The notes under the pieces are model-generated. The model saw only the letters and a program-made list of their open reading frames with translations, made no database searches and was not told where the DNA came from. A program made the translations under genes and the position numbers. A stretch of 64,000 bases of DNA from Bacillota bacterium (GTDB taxonomy: Bacteria; Bacillota; SHA-98; UBA4971). Shown here piece after piece: positions 51,067 through 60,220 of this stretch; the first letter of the stretch is position 1; every line of letters starts with the position of its first letter. Location: positions 10,052 through 74,051 of the forward strand of contig DAOSZN010000008.1 of NCBI GenBank assembly GCA_035593725.1, in the 5' to 3' direction.

Positions 51067-52911
51067 TCAGTTTCCTCCCAGACCTTCAGATAATTCGCTT
51101 CCCGTAAGCTTTTTCATAATGTTGGTCATTACCAGAATGACAATGACAAGCAATAACACAACAGCATTAGACATATGATAGAATCCGTAGTCAGAGTATC
51201 TGAAAGTCAACGTTGTTAAGAGCTGCGTTCCCGGAGTAATGAGGATTACTACCATACTTAGCTCGCGCATAGCTGAGATAAACGGTAGTATCAATGCATT
51301 CAGCAAACCACTGCGTTGCAGCGGAAGTACTAAGCGGCGCATTCTCGTCAACCAACCCGCCCCGGCAATAATACCTGCTTCCTCAATCTCCTGCCCTAAT
51401 TGCATCATTGCTGAGATCCCTGACTTAGCGGCAAACGGGAAGTTCTTGGCGGTCGTCGCGAGGATAATCAGCAGAAATGTACCATATAAACTAGGGATTG
51501 GACCACGCTGTTTCGCAAACAAAGACAGATATATTGCCCCAAATGCAATGCTTGGAATCAGGTAAGGCAAAAAAGATATCTGGTCCAGAGTGCTTGAAAG
51601 CCAGGTGCCTCTTAAGTTAACTACCGTATATCCGATTAATATTCCAAAAACAGCGCTGAGAACCGAAGAGGACAGGCCGAGTTTCACACTGTTGAAGAAT
51701 GCTCTCCATGTTTGGGGGTCTCGGAGAATGCCTGGTCTACCATCTAAGATTCCGGGTGTCGACTTGCCAATCCAATAGTGAAGAGTAAAATTGGAGGGAC
51801 TGTATACTCCGGGCACCCGCATGAATGTATCTGCAGCCAGAACAAATAACGGAACCACAATCACAACAAACAAGAACAACAGTATGACTCCGGATGCAAC
51901 ATACCTCCATTTTCCAAGGTTGATAAGCTTAGCTCTCGGTACCTGGCCACTGATAGTCACAAAACTCTTTCGCTTGCCTACCACCTTGTTGCTGATGAAA
52001 ATGAAGGTAGCAGCCAACAGAATCATCACAATAGCAATTACATAAGCATCTCCGGGGCTCCCCGCCTGTAAGCTTGCATGTAGTCTGGTGGAAAGCACCC
52101 GATAATTAATTGGGTTTCCTAAAAACACCGGGGTGCTGAATGAGCCGATACCTCGTGAGATTGTCAGGATGAACGAAGACGCTATAGCCGGAGTAACCAT
52201 TGGCAGAACAACTCGACGCTGAATTGTCCATTGATTTCCTCCTAAGACTAAAGCTGCTTCTTCCAACCGTGTATCGAAATCTTTGAATGCGCTTCCGACA
52301 AGCAAGAACGTAAAAGGATAATAGTGTAAAGCCATAGTGATAATAATAGGCAACGGACCGTAACTAATCCAGTCGGGCAAGTGCATTCCGAAGTACTCCA
52401 GGATTCCGGTGGTGCCGCCGATGGTCCGATTCTTAAAAATGGTTAGCCAGGCCAATGATAAGGTCCAAGACGGAAGGATATAAGGAACAACAGCCATATT
52501 GGATATGAATCGCTTAAACGGCAAGTCTGTTCTAACCACAAACCAAGCAAGAATTGTCCCGATAGCAATTGCCAGAATTGACATGCAAAAAGATATGAGC
52601 AGAGTATTTTTTAGCGGCTCATAGAAAAGCACATCGCTGATATCGCTGGCAAAGACGCGCTTAAGATAATAAGTCGTAAATTCGCCGACTTGCTTGCCGA
52701 ATACACGAAGAGTATCACGACTATGTAATGTGACAGAGGAAACCAGTACGCTAATTAACGGCAGAATAACAAGATAAACAGAGATAATTAAGAGCACTAT
52801 ACTTAACATCAAAGGAGGATTTGACAGTATTCGTTTACTGCGGTTCCAACCACGCTCACAAAGCAAGGCCAGTTTATTGCCGGCTGCCGGTTGTTCAAAG
52901 CACGCTCCCAT
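51067..52911 (-). CDS. ABC transporter permease, fused two-module FbpB type
   Basis: Two EAA loops (LEEAALVLGG; IEEAGIIAGA), PYILPS, LPYLIPS. Confidence 0.9.
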   Translation of the reverse strand: MGACFEQPAAGNKLALLCERGWNRSKRILSNPPLMLSIVLLIISVYLVILPLISVLVSSVTLHSRDTLRVFGKQVGEFTTYYLKRVFASDISDVLFYEPLKNTLLISFCMSILAIAIGTILAWFVVRTDLPFKRFISNMAVVPYILPSWTLSLAWLTIFKNRTIGGTTGILEYFGMHLPDWISYGPLPIIITMALHYYPFTFLLVGSAFKDFDTRLEEAALVLGGNQWTIQRRVVLPMVTPAIASSFILTISRGIGSFSTPVFLGNPINYRVLSTRLHASLQAGSPGDAYVIAIVMILLAATFIFISNKVVGKRKSFVTISGQVPRAKLINLGKWRYVASGVILLFLFVVIVVPLFVLAADTFMRVPGVYSPSNFTLHYWIGKSTPGILDGRPGILRDPQTWRAFFNSVKLGLSSSVLSAVFGILIGYTVVNLRGTWLSSTLDQISFLPYLIPSIAFGAIYLSLFAKQRGPIPSLYGTFLLIILATTAKNFPFAAKSGISAMMQLGQEIEEAGIIAGAGWLTRMRRLVLPLQRSGLLNALILPFISAMRELSMVVILITPGTQLLTTLTFRYSDYGFYHMSNAVVLLLVIVILVMTNIMKKLTGSELSEGLGGN

Positions 52912-52939
52912 GTTATGGAACCTCCTTTCTCAGGACCGG

Positions 52940-52972
52940 ATGACTGCCGGGAGACAAGAGCCCGGCAGTCAT
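52940..52972 (-). repeat. Stem-loop downstream of binding-protein copy B
   Basis: ATGACTGCCGGG-9nt-CCCGGCAGTCAT. Confidence 0.8.
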
Positions 52973-52993
52973 CTCTCATTTTCCGTTCAATCT

Positions 52994-54100
52994 CTATCTT
53001 GCATGCTTCATCCAAAAGTCAAAGATTTCCCCATAATACTTCACTGTAGTTTGTGCATTTAAAGGCATTGTGACTTTCGCCCATGCCTCAGTTCCACCTA
53101 ACGGATCATCGGGATGAGCCGGTATTCTTGGATCCGTAGCAAAATTGCCCAAGTCTTTTGTCCAGGCCTTTACTCCTTCTTCCAATAGATACCTTACAAA
53201 TAACTTGGCAGCGTTAGGACTGGCGCTATTAGCTGTTATTGCTACATAGGCAGGATAGAGATAACCCATGTAAGGTTCCAGGCCGTAACAGGCTTCCAAG
53301 GCTAAATTCTTTGCGGGAATCTCCCTGTGTTTGCTTAGTACATATAAGCCTACCGGAGGCTCTGCCTGACCTCGGGCTCCAACAGCTTCTGCTACATCTG
53401 TATCGCTCTTAAACATAATTGGCTTATTATTCGCCAAGCGCTTGATAAACTCCCAACCTGCATTCGGAGTTGTTAACTTGATTGGTTCTCCGAAGCGTTT
53501 TTCGTAAGCGGCTGCCATTTCATCAGCAGCTTCGACTATTTCCGCGAACCATGCCAGATTTGTTGAGGTAAACTGGGGATCCCTCATCGCGATCTTGCCG
53601 CGCCATTCAGGTGTGGTAAGATCCCAAAGGTTCCGAATTGGAGATTCTGCATAAGCTTCAGTGTTATAGCCGATAATTCGGGGTTGGAATTGGTAAATCA
53701 GAGGGTCTTGGTATTCTATAGGTATGATGTCCTTGTGAGTTGAAGGGACATAATTTACTATATATCCTTGGGGAAGCAGTTGAGCCATGAGAATTGCTGC
53801 GTCTTCCGTAACAATTACATCGGCTCCTCTCGCTTTTGCTTCATGTTCACGCACTACGCGGTCGCTTATCTCAACGTCATTCATTTTCGCCCATTGCACT
53901 TCAATACCGTACTTGGCTGTGAAGCCTTCCGCAGCTTCTCCCATTCTACTGGATGGGTTATACACAATTAGCAAACCTTCTTTTTTTGCGGCTTCAATAA
54001 TTACGTCCCAATTCTCGCTAGCAGCTGATACAGTAGCCGAGACTCCGCCTAACATCATTACGAGAGATAACACAAAGAGTAACGTAACGAATCGTTTCAC
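52994..54100 (-). CDS. ABC substrate-binding protein, copy B (cognate with the adjacent permease and ATPase)
   Basis: 368 aa, GTG start; 291/368 residues identical to copy A by manual gap-free alignment. Confidence 0.9.
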   Translation of the reverse strand: MKRFVTLLFVLSLVMMLGGVSATVSAASENWDVIIEAAKKEGLLIVYNPSSRMGEAAEGFTAKYGIEVQWAKMNDVEISDRVVREHEAKARGADVIVTEDAAILMAQLLPQGYIVNYVPSTHKDIIPIEYQDPLIYQFQPRIIGYNTEAYAESPIRNLWDLTTPEWRGKIAMRDPQFTSTNLAWFAEIVEAADEMAAAYEKRFGEPIKLTTPNAGWEFIKRLANNKPIMFKSDTDVAEAVGARGQAEPPVGLYVLSKHREIPAKNLALEACYGLEPYMGYLYPAYVAITANSASPNAAKLFVRYLLEEGVKAWTKDLGNFATDPRIPAHPDDPLGGTEAWAKVTMPLNAQTTVKYYGEIFDFWMKHAR

Positions 54101-54286
54101 CGGTATGTCCTCCTTATTACTGGATTACGATATATGTTCGGAACTCTCCCAATCTACTATTCGTTTTCTGATAGCGTTAAAGTGACGGGCTTTTTTCGCT
54201 TTTTATGCTCACCTCCTGATATTCTAAGAACATGGTATTCTTGTGAACAAACCGCTATATGCCGCCAATGAGCGAAGGCCGTTATC

Positions 54287-55192
54287 TCAACGACTTTTTT
54301 GATGCTCTGCCCTGAGTTGATGAAGCTTATCAAGCATTTCGAGACAACTTTCGTCTTCAGCAGCTATGCTAAGCACCAGAGCTTCTATAATAACAAGGGG
54401 GATTGCGTAAGATCTGGAAGTGCCGACTTCACCTCTTTTTACAAACAGTATGATGTCGCTTTCCCGTGTCAACTCAGCTTCTACGTAGTCCGTTATAACA
54501 ACGGTTTTGGCGTTGACAGATCTTGCGTGATTCAGAACGATTGCAGTTTCTTCGTCAGGTTGAGAAAAGGTAATGACAACAAGCGTATCATCGGCTGTCA
54601 TGAGATGGAGGTTTTCAAACAGAGCTCGTCCTCCTTGTGAAAGCGTGTACGTGTAATATCCGTACCTGCGCAAACGAAAGTCCAGCATATCCAAGGAGAG
54701 GGCTGACATACCTCCTTGGCCGAAGAGGAAGATGTTTTTAGCGTTACACAAAGCTTCAACCGCTTCCCAGAAGGCTTTTCGAGATAATAAATTGCGGGTT
54801 TCTTCTAAAGCAATCACTTGACTGTCAAAGACTTTATCGATAATGCTATGGCGATCCGGAGTGAGGTTAAGAACGCTCCGGACTTTGTCTCCGGGTCCGA
54901 GGTAAGCTTTGATGAATTTCTGGGCTTCCTTGCGTAAATCCTGATAACCTGTATATCCAAGGCTTCGGGAAAAACGAATGACAGTCGGCTCGCTGACATT
55001 AGCGCGTTCGGCTAATTCCGCTGCTGAAAGGAAAGGGACCTCAGTTATATGATCAAGAATATATCGACCCAGTTGGGCCTGACGTTGTGACATTGTGGGA
55101 AGATTCGCTTCAAGAGTGTCTCTGATGGAAGCAAAATACCTTGTCTCATTTGCGATTCCATCCTGTTCATTTCTGTTTGTTTCCTGCTCCAT
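54287..55192 (-). CDS. MurR/RpiR-family transcriptional regulator
   Basis: HTH LSAAELAERANVSEPTVIRFSRSLGYTGY; SIS domain FWEAVEAL..AKNIFLFG, ITFS, VVITD. Confidence 0.93.
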   Translation of the reverse strand: MEQETNRNEQDGIANETRYFASIRDTLEANLPTMSQRQAQLGRYILDHITEVPFLSAAELAERANVSEPTVIRFSRSLGYTGYQDLRKEAQKFIKAYLGPGDKVRSVLNLTPDRHSIIDKVFDSQVIALEETRNLLSRKAFWEAVEALCNAKNIFLFGQGGMSALSLDMLDFRLRRYGYYTYTLSQGGRALFENLHLMTADDTLVVITFSQPDEETAIVLNHARSVNAKTVVITDYVEAELTRESDIILFVKRGEVGTSRSYAIPLVIIEALVLSIAAEDESCLEMLDKLHQLRAEHQKSR

Positions 55193-55245
55193 ATTATCCC
55201 CCTCATATCTCCGGCAATCTCACGATACTGAGAATCGTCACGCCC

Positions 55246-56124
55246 CTAATCATAGTCATAGCAGGCTGATTCTAAACTAAAGGAGTCAAGCCGCCTGGTT
55301 ATCGCATCCCAGACGCCTGAGAGATGTTCTATGCTTTCAAGTAGGTAATCCATCCTTTTAACCTCGATAACAAGGGGAAACCGCCAGTTTTCCTCATAAT
55401 AGGTTTTAAGAAAAGTCTCATAATCTATGAGACCGTATGGAGTCGCCTTATGGCTGTCACAAGTCCCATCATTGTTGTGTATGTGCGCTAATGCGACATT
55501 TTCCGGGCCCAGTTGTTGAATATAATGACTGGGATCTTCGTTTTGAAAAGTCAAGTGTCCGATGTCAACTGTGTACATGATGTCTCTGCCGAGCTCACGT
55601 CGTAGAGCTGCTATTTCTTGAACGGATCGAGCGTACTTATATACTCCTTGCCTCTCTTGCCCACGATTCTCCAGGCTGATTATGATTTCTCGATTCCTGG
55701 CATAGTCTGCTATTTCCTTAAAGACTTCGATCGTATTGGTTCTGATTTTATGGTATTGCAAAGGAGGTGCTTCACCGTTATCGCCCGGATGTAAGGTGAC
55801 AATCGTGCCCGGACATATCTTAGACGCAAAATCCACAGAGTGTTTCAGCCCTTGAAGGGTAGCCTTGCGAATAGCAGGATTCACTGACCCTGCATTGAGT
55901 TCGAGATGCAGAGCATGGATTGATACAGGAACTGTCTCAGAAAGCTTACTGAGATACTTGACCACTTCATCTTCATCTGTTTCTGAGTAATATAACACCG
56001 GTTCCAACTTAACTTCAATCCATTCAAGGCCTTGGCTGATAACGTAGTCGCAAAAATCCATACATGGCCACGTTGGGTCATAGAACACAGAAGCGCCCAG
56101 AGTAAGCTTTCGATTACTTGTCAT
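55246..56124 (-). CDS. Xylose-isomerase-like/AP-endonuclease-2 TIM-barrel protein
   Basis: SIHA..LNAGSVNPAIR, TLHPG, SLEN, DIGH, HIHNNDG..DSH, VIE. Confidence 0.8.
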   Translation of the reverse strand: MTSNRKLTLGASVFYDPTWPCMDFCDYVISQGLEWIEVKLEPVLYYSETDEDEVVKYLSKLSETVPVSIHALHLELNAGSVNPAIRKATLQGLKHSVDFASKICPGTIVTLHPGDNGEAPPLQYHKIRTNTIEVFKEIADYARNREIIISLENRGQERQGVYKYARSVQEIAALRRELGRDIMYTVDIGHLTFQNEDPSHYIQQLGPENVALAHIHNNDGTCDSHKATPYGLIDYETFLKTYYEENWRFPLVIEVKRMDYLLESIEHLSGVWDAITRRLDSFSLESACYDYD

Positions 56125-56173
56125 TTTCCTTCTCCTATCTGAATTGCTATTGCCAAGCTTGATAAGACTTCAT

Positions 56174-56186
56174 CTGAAACTTTCAG
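56174..56186. promoter_or_regulatory. Candidate operator (RpiR-type) upstream of the leftward operon
   Basis: Palindrome CTGAAA-C-TTTCAG in the divergent promoter region; assignment to RpiR is inference. Confidence 0.35.
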
Positions 56187-56438
56187 CGATTACATGAAGG
56201 ATTATATATCATATATGATGTGTTTTGATATATTACGTTACATATTCAACGTGTTTTCAGAATTTCCTTCCTGGAAAACTAAACTCAGGGGAAAATGGAG
56301 TTACCCTCTACCGGGACAAGAGGAAAAACGCATTTTATCTTTTATCTGAGTCCCCAGGTGGATTGCAGAGGGGGATCACTGATAGTAGGAAGGAATTGAG
56401 CAATTAACGTAGAATACAAAAGACAAAGATGCGTCATC

Positions 56439-56454
56439 AGACATCCTAATGTCT
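56439..56454. promoter_or_regulatory. Candidate GntR autoregulatory operator
   Basis: Inverted repeat AGACAT-CCTA-ATGTCT 29 bp upstream of the gntR-family start. Confidence 0.35.
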
Positions 56455-56482
56455 ATGTCAAGGCAAGAAAGGGGACGGGCAT

Positions 56483-57229
56483 ATGGATGCAAGCCATAAT
56501 GTATCCCTGAATTTCAAGCCTCTATATATTCAAGTAAAAGAGAAACTGCTTAACATGATAGAGGCAAAAGAACTCAGATTCGGTGAAAAACTCCCTTCCG
56601 AGCCGGATCTTGCAAGGATGTTTGGAGTAAGCAGGTCTACAGTGAGAGCGGCTATTCGTGAAATGGCACAGGAAGGAGCGGTAATAGTCAGGCACGGTCT
56701 CGGTACGTTTGTGGCAGGGAGCCAAATGTATGTAAAAAGCGATCTTGGCGGGCTTAAGAGTATTACCTGGGCAATAAAGCAGCGCGGATGGACTCCCGGC
56801 ACACAAGACGCCAAGATGCACGAAGATAAGGCTGACAATGAGCTTGCCGAGAAACTTCAGATTGCTGAATCTACGCCGATCATTTGCATTGAACGGATTA
56901 GAACCGCGGATTCGACCCGGGTGTTCTATTCCATTCACAAGATGGCCAAGGACGTTGCCGACGGGAGGATCCTAGATTGGGATATGGAAGGATCTTTCTT
57001 GGAATTTCTTAAATCCCGGTGTGGAATTGACATTCTGTATGCAGTCTCCACTGTTTTGCCGGTTAAGAATCCGGAAGAAATCACGGGCAAGCTGAAAGTG
57101 GACCCAACTACGCCGATTCTGCTATTGGATCAAATTCATTACGATGTCAGTAATAAGCCGATATTCAGATCATACGATTATTATCGCACCGATATCTTCG
57201 AGTTCAATATAGTCAGACGTATGAAATAA
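56483..57229 (+). CDS. GntR-family (HutC/UTRA) transcriptional regulator
   Basis: PLYIQVKE, LPSEPDLARMFGVSRSTVRAAI, HGLGTFV; C-terminal UTRA domain. Confidence 0.93.
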   Translation: MDASHNVSLNFKPLYIQVKEKLLNMIEAKELRFGEKLPSEPDLARMFGVSRSTVRAAIREMAQEGAVIVRHGLGTFVAGSQMYVKSDLGGLKSITWAIKQRGWTPGTQDAKMHEDKADNELAEKLQIAESTPIICIERIRTADSTRVFYSIHKMAKDVADGRILDWDMEGSFLEFLKSRCGIDILYAVSTVLPVKNPEEITGKLKVDPTTPILLLDQIHYDVSNKPIFRSYDYYRTDIFEFNIVRRMK

Positions 57230-57364
57230 GGCCGGATGAAAGGGGGAAAATGTCTCTACACAATTATTTGCGGACTGCGGAGGCAGAGGACTAGCCCTGT
57301 TGCTTGGTAAGAGAGAAAGAGATCGGATTTACCTTGACAATCTAAAAGGGGGTTTTGAACAGTT

Positions 57365-58369
57365 ATGACTAGGAAGATTGTGCGTGTGTTCTTAATATGT
57401 GCGCTCCTTGCATGTACTGTGACAAGTGTATCAGCTTCTCCTTCAAAGACTCTGCATCTGTTGACAGCCCTTGATCCGAATGAAGCGAAAATCTATATTG
57501 AGGCGTTTGAAAAATCAACAGGCATTAAAGTGGATTGGGTTCGGATGTCGGCAGGCGAGTGTCTGGCAAGACTCAAGGCTGAGTCGAAGAATCCACAGTT
57601 CAGTGTATGGTTGGGTGGGCCAAGCCCGGAATACATAGCCGCGACGAAGAACGGACTTCTTGAGCAATACGTCCCGAAAGAGTCCGAGTTTATGCTTCCT
57701 GAGCATAGAGACAAAGATTGGCATTGGACAGGGTTCTACTTCGGGGCCATAGGATTTGCGTGCAATACTGAGTGGTTTGCCAAGAACAACCTGGACTATC
57801 CTACCTCCTGGAAGGATCTCTTAAAACCTGAATTTAAAGGCCAGATCTCCTTTGCATATCCTTACACTTCCGGCACAGCTTATACCATTCTGGCAACGAT
57901 AATTCAGTTGATGGGTGAGGATGAAGGCTTCAAATACATGATGGAGCTTGATAAGAACGTACACCACTACAACACGTCAGGTTCAGCGTGTGTTACCCAA
58001 GCCGGCCTCGGAGAGATCGCTATAGGAGTAGCTTTTTCCCATGATGTGATGGCTAAGGGGATTTCTAAAGGATATCCAATTGCGCTGACAATGCCGTCAG
58101 AAGGGACCGGGTTTGAAATAGGCGGCATAGCGTTGGTCAAAGGCGGCCCTGAACCGAAAGAAGGCAAAGCGTTTATCGACTGGTGCATGTCCACAGAATG
58201 CCAGGATCTGTTTCAGGAGTGGTTCCGTATACCGTTGAATCCTAAGGCTAAGGTTGCGGAAGGAGCGGTTACCAGAGAGCAGGTCAATTTAATTGCTTAT
58301 GATGATGTTTGGGCAGGAGAGAATCAAAACCGTCTGAATGAGAAGTGGAGAGAACTAACGAATAAGTAG
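57365..58369 (+). CDS. ABC substrate-binding protein, AfuA-like (sugar-phosphate class)
   Basis: Signal peptide; RMSAGE, WLGGP, PYTSGTAYT, AFSHD, EGTGFEIGG.ALVKG. Confidence 0.8.
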   Translation: MTRKIVRVFLICALLACTVTSVSASPSKTLHLLTALDPNEAKIYIEAFEKSTGIKVDWVRMSAGECLARLKAESKNPQFSVWLGGPSPEYIAATKNGLLEQYVPKESEFMLPEHRDKDWHWTGFYFGAIGFACNTEWFAKNNLDYPTSWKDLLKPEFKGQISFAYPYTSGTAYTILATIIQLMGEDEGFKYMMELDKNVHHYNTSGSACVTQAGLGEIAIGVAFSHDVMAKGISKGYPIALTMPSEGTGFEIGGIALVKGGPEPKEGKAFIDWCMSTECQDLFQEWFRIPLNPKAKVAEGAVTREQVNLIAYDDVWAGENQNRLNEKWRELTNK

Positions 58370-58459
58370 AAAACACATACGATTGAGTGAGTCTCTACCT
58401 TTGTCGGGGGAGGGCAAGGCGCTTTATTTTCCCCGCTCTCCTCCGGCAGGAAGTTTAGG

Positions 58460-60220
58460 ATGGTGAGTCTCTTGATACGCCAAGAAGCAGAACTCGGGCG
58501 TCCTCTAAACAGACGGTCACAGTCCATGGTCCTCAAAGAACCTCTCGTAGTGTTTGTTATTATAGCTATTGCAGCAGCTCTTGTGCTATTTGTTCTTTAT
58601 CCGTTGTATTCAGTGCTTAAAACAAGTCTCATGCAAAGCGACGGGACTATTGGTTTGGAGGTGTACAGGAACCTATTAGCCAAAAGCTACAACCGTCGTC
58701 CTTTAGTTAACAGTATTCGTTTAGGAGTTATTGTCGCAGTTCTTGGCACAATTATCGGGTTCATATTCGCGTATTGCACTACAAGAGTGGATGTGCCGCT
58801 GAAAGGCTTTTTTAAAGCAGTGGCTATGTTTCCCATGATCTCACCCCCTTTTATCATGTCTCTCGCCACAATTATGCTGTTTGGAAACAATGGTCTTATC
58901 ACAAAACACTTTCTGGGCGGGCTGGTAAACTTCAAAATATACGGTCTCAGAGGATTGGTAATAGTAGAAACTCTCGCTTACTTCCCAACCGCATACCTGG
59001 TTTTGTCCGGCGTATTGCAAGCTATTGATTCTTCAATCGAGGATGCAGCCCGTGACCTGGGAGCGTCTTGGTGGCAAGTGTTTCGAACGGTTACACTGCC
59101 GCTTGCCATCCCGGGAATCGCTTCCGCGCTGCTTCTAATCTTTATTGAATCCCTTGCGGATTTCGGCAATCCCATAATCCTATCAGGCGACTACCAAGTC
59201 TTGGCTGTTCAGGCATACCTGCGTATCACGGGGCTTTATGACCTTCCGGGGGGAGCAGGCCTTGCAGTCATTTTGCTGGTTCCGTCACTCATTGCGTTCT
59301 TTGTCCAGAAGTACTGGGTCAGCAAAAGATCATATGTGACAGTTACAGGCAAGCCTTCCGGACAACGGATCAGCCGAAATGAGCCTTGGGTGAAGACTGC
59401 AGCTTTAATTGTTTGTGTGGTTCTTACCGCCATAATCCTCCTTTTCTACGGAACCGCATTTGTGGGTTCGTTTATGACCCTATGGGGCGTTAATTATGAT
59501 TTCACCCTTGCGAATTACCGCCATGTTTTCCAGGTGGCGGGGGAGTATATTAAAGATACCTTATTCCTGGCTACTGTAGCTACTCCCATAACCGGTCTTC
59601 TTGCCATGATAATTGCTTTTCTTGTTGTGAGAAAGCAATTCTTCGGCAGACAGGCTCTGGAGCTTGTTTCTATGTTATCTTTCGCGGTTCCGGGGACAGT
59701 TGTCGGTATAGGATATATCCTTGCTTTTAACCAACCGCCTATACTGCTTACCGGGACTGCGTCTATCATAATAATCCTGTTTATTTTCAGGAATATGCCT
59801 ACCGGAATTCAATCGGGCATAGCTGCTCTTCAACAGATCGATCCATCTATTGAAGAAGCTTCATGTGACCTTGGGGCGGATAGCGGGACTACATTCAGAA
59901 AGATTACCTTGCCTCTGATTGCGCCTGCTTTCTTTTCAGGATTGGTTTTCAGCTTTGTCAGATGCGTGACAGCCATTAGCGCAATAGTGTTTGTCGTATC
60001 AGGCAGGTGGAAGTTGATAACCGTTGCTGTGTTAGGATCCGTTGAAAATTCGGATCTTGCTCAGGCAGCCGCTTTCTGTGTTGTTATTGTCGGGATGGTA
60101 ATGGCTGCAATAGGAATCATAAATCTTCTGGTGTATCAGCCGTGGAAACGCGGCCCACAGGAAGTTTCGAAGAAACCGGCTATTTCAGGGGGGGCAGAGC
60201 CATGGATCGGTACAGCGTAG
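58460..60220 (+). CDS. ABC transporter permease, fused FbpB/AfuB type
   Basis: PMISPPF, SIEDAARDLGA, ESLADFGNP, FAVPGTVVGIGY, SIEEASCDLGA; start could be the ATG at 58527. Confidence 0.92.
   Translation: MVSLLIRQEAELGRPLNRRSQSMVLKEPLVVFVIIAIAAALVLFVLYPLYSVLKTSLMQSDGTIGLEVYRNLLAKSYNRRPLVNSIRLGVIVAVLGTIIGFIFAYCTTRVDVPLKGFFKAVAMFPMISPPFIMSLATIMLFGNNGLITKHFLGGLVNFKIYGLRGLVIVETLAYFPTAYLVLSGVLQAIDSSIEDAARDLGASWWQVFRTVTLPLAIPGIASALLLIFIESLADFGNPIILSGDYQVLAVQAYLRITGLYDLPGGAGLAVILLVPSLIAFFVQKYWVSKRSYVTVTGKPSGQRISRNEPWVKTAALIVCVVLTAIILLFYGTAFVGSFMTLWGVNYDFTLANYRHVFQVAGEYIKDTLFLATVATPITGLLAMIIAFLVVRKQFFGRQALELVSMLSFAVPGTVVGIGYILAFNQPPILLTGTASIIIILFIFRNMPTGIQSGIAALQQIDPSIEEASCDLGADSGTTFRKITLPLIAPAFFSGLVFSFVRCVTAISAIVFVVSGRWKLITVAVLGSVENSDLAQAAAFCVVIVGMVMAAIGIINLLVYQPWKRGPQEVSKKPAISGGAEPWIGTA

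Noticed and set aside
57250-57294. Mini-ORF MSLHNYLRTAEAED* with an AGGGGG RBS between the GntR and binding-protein genes
   Set aside because: Too short to evaluate; no evidence for amber read-through or function.
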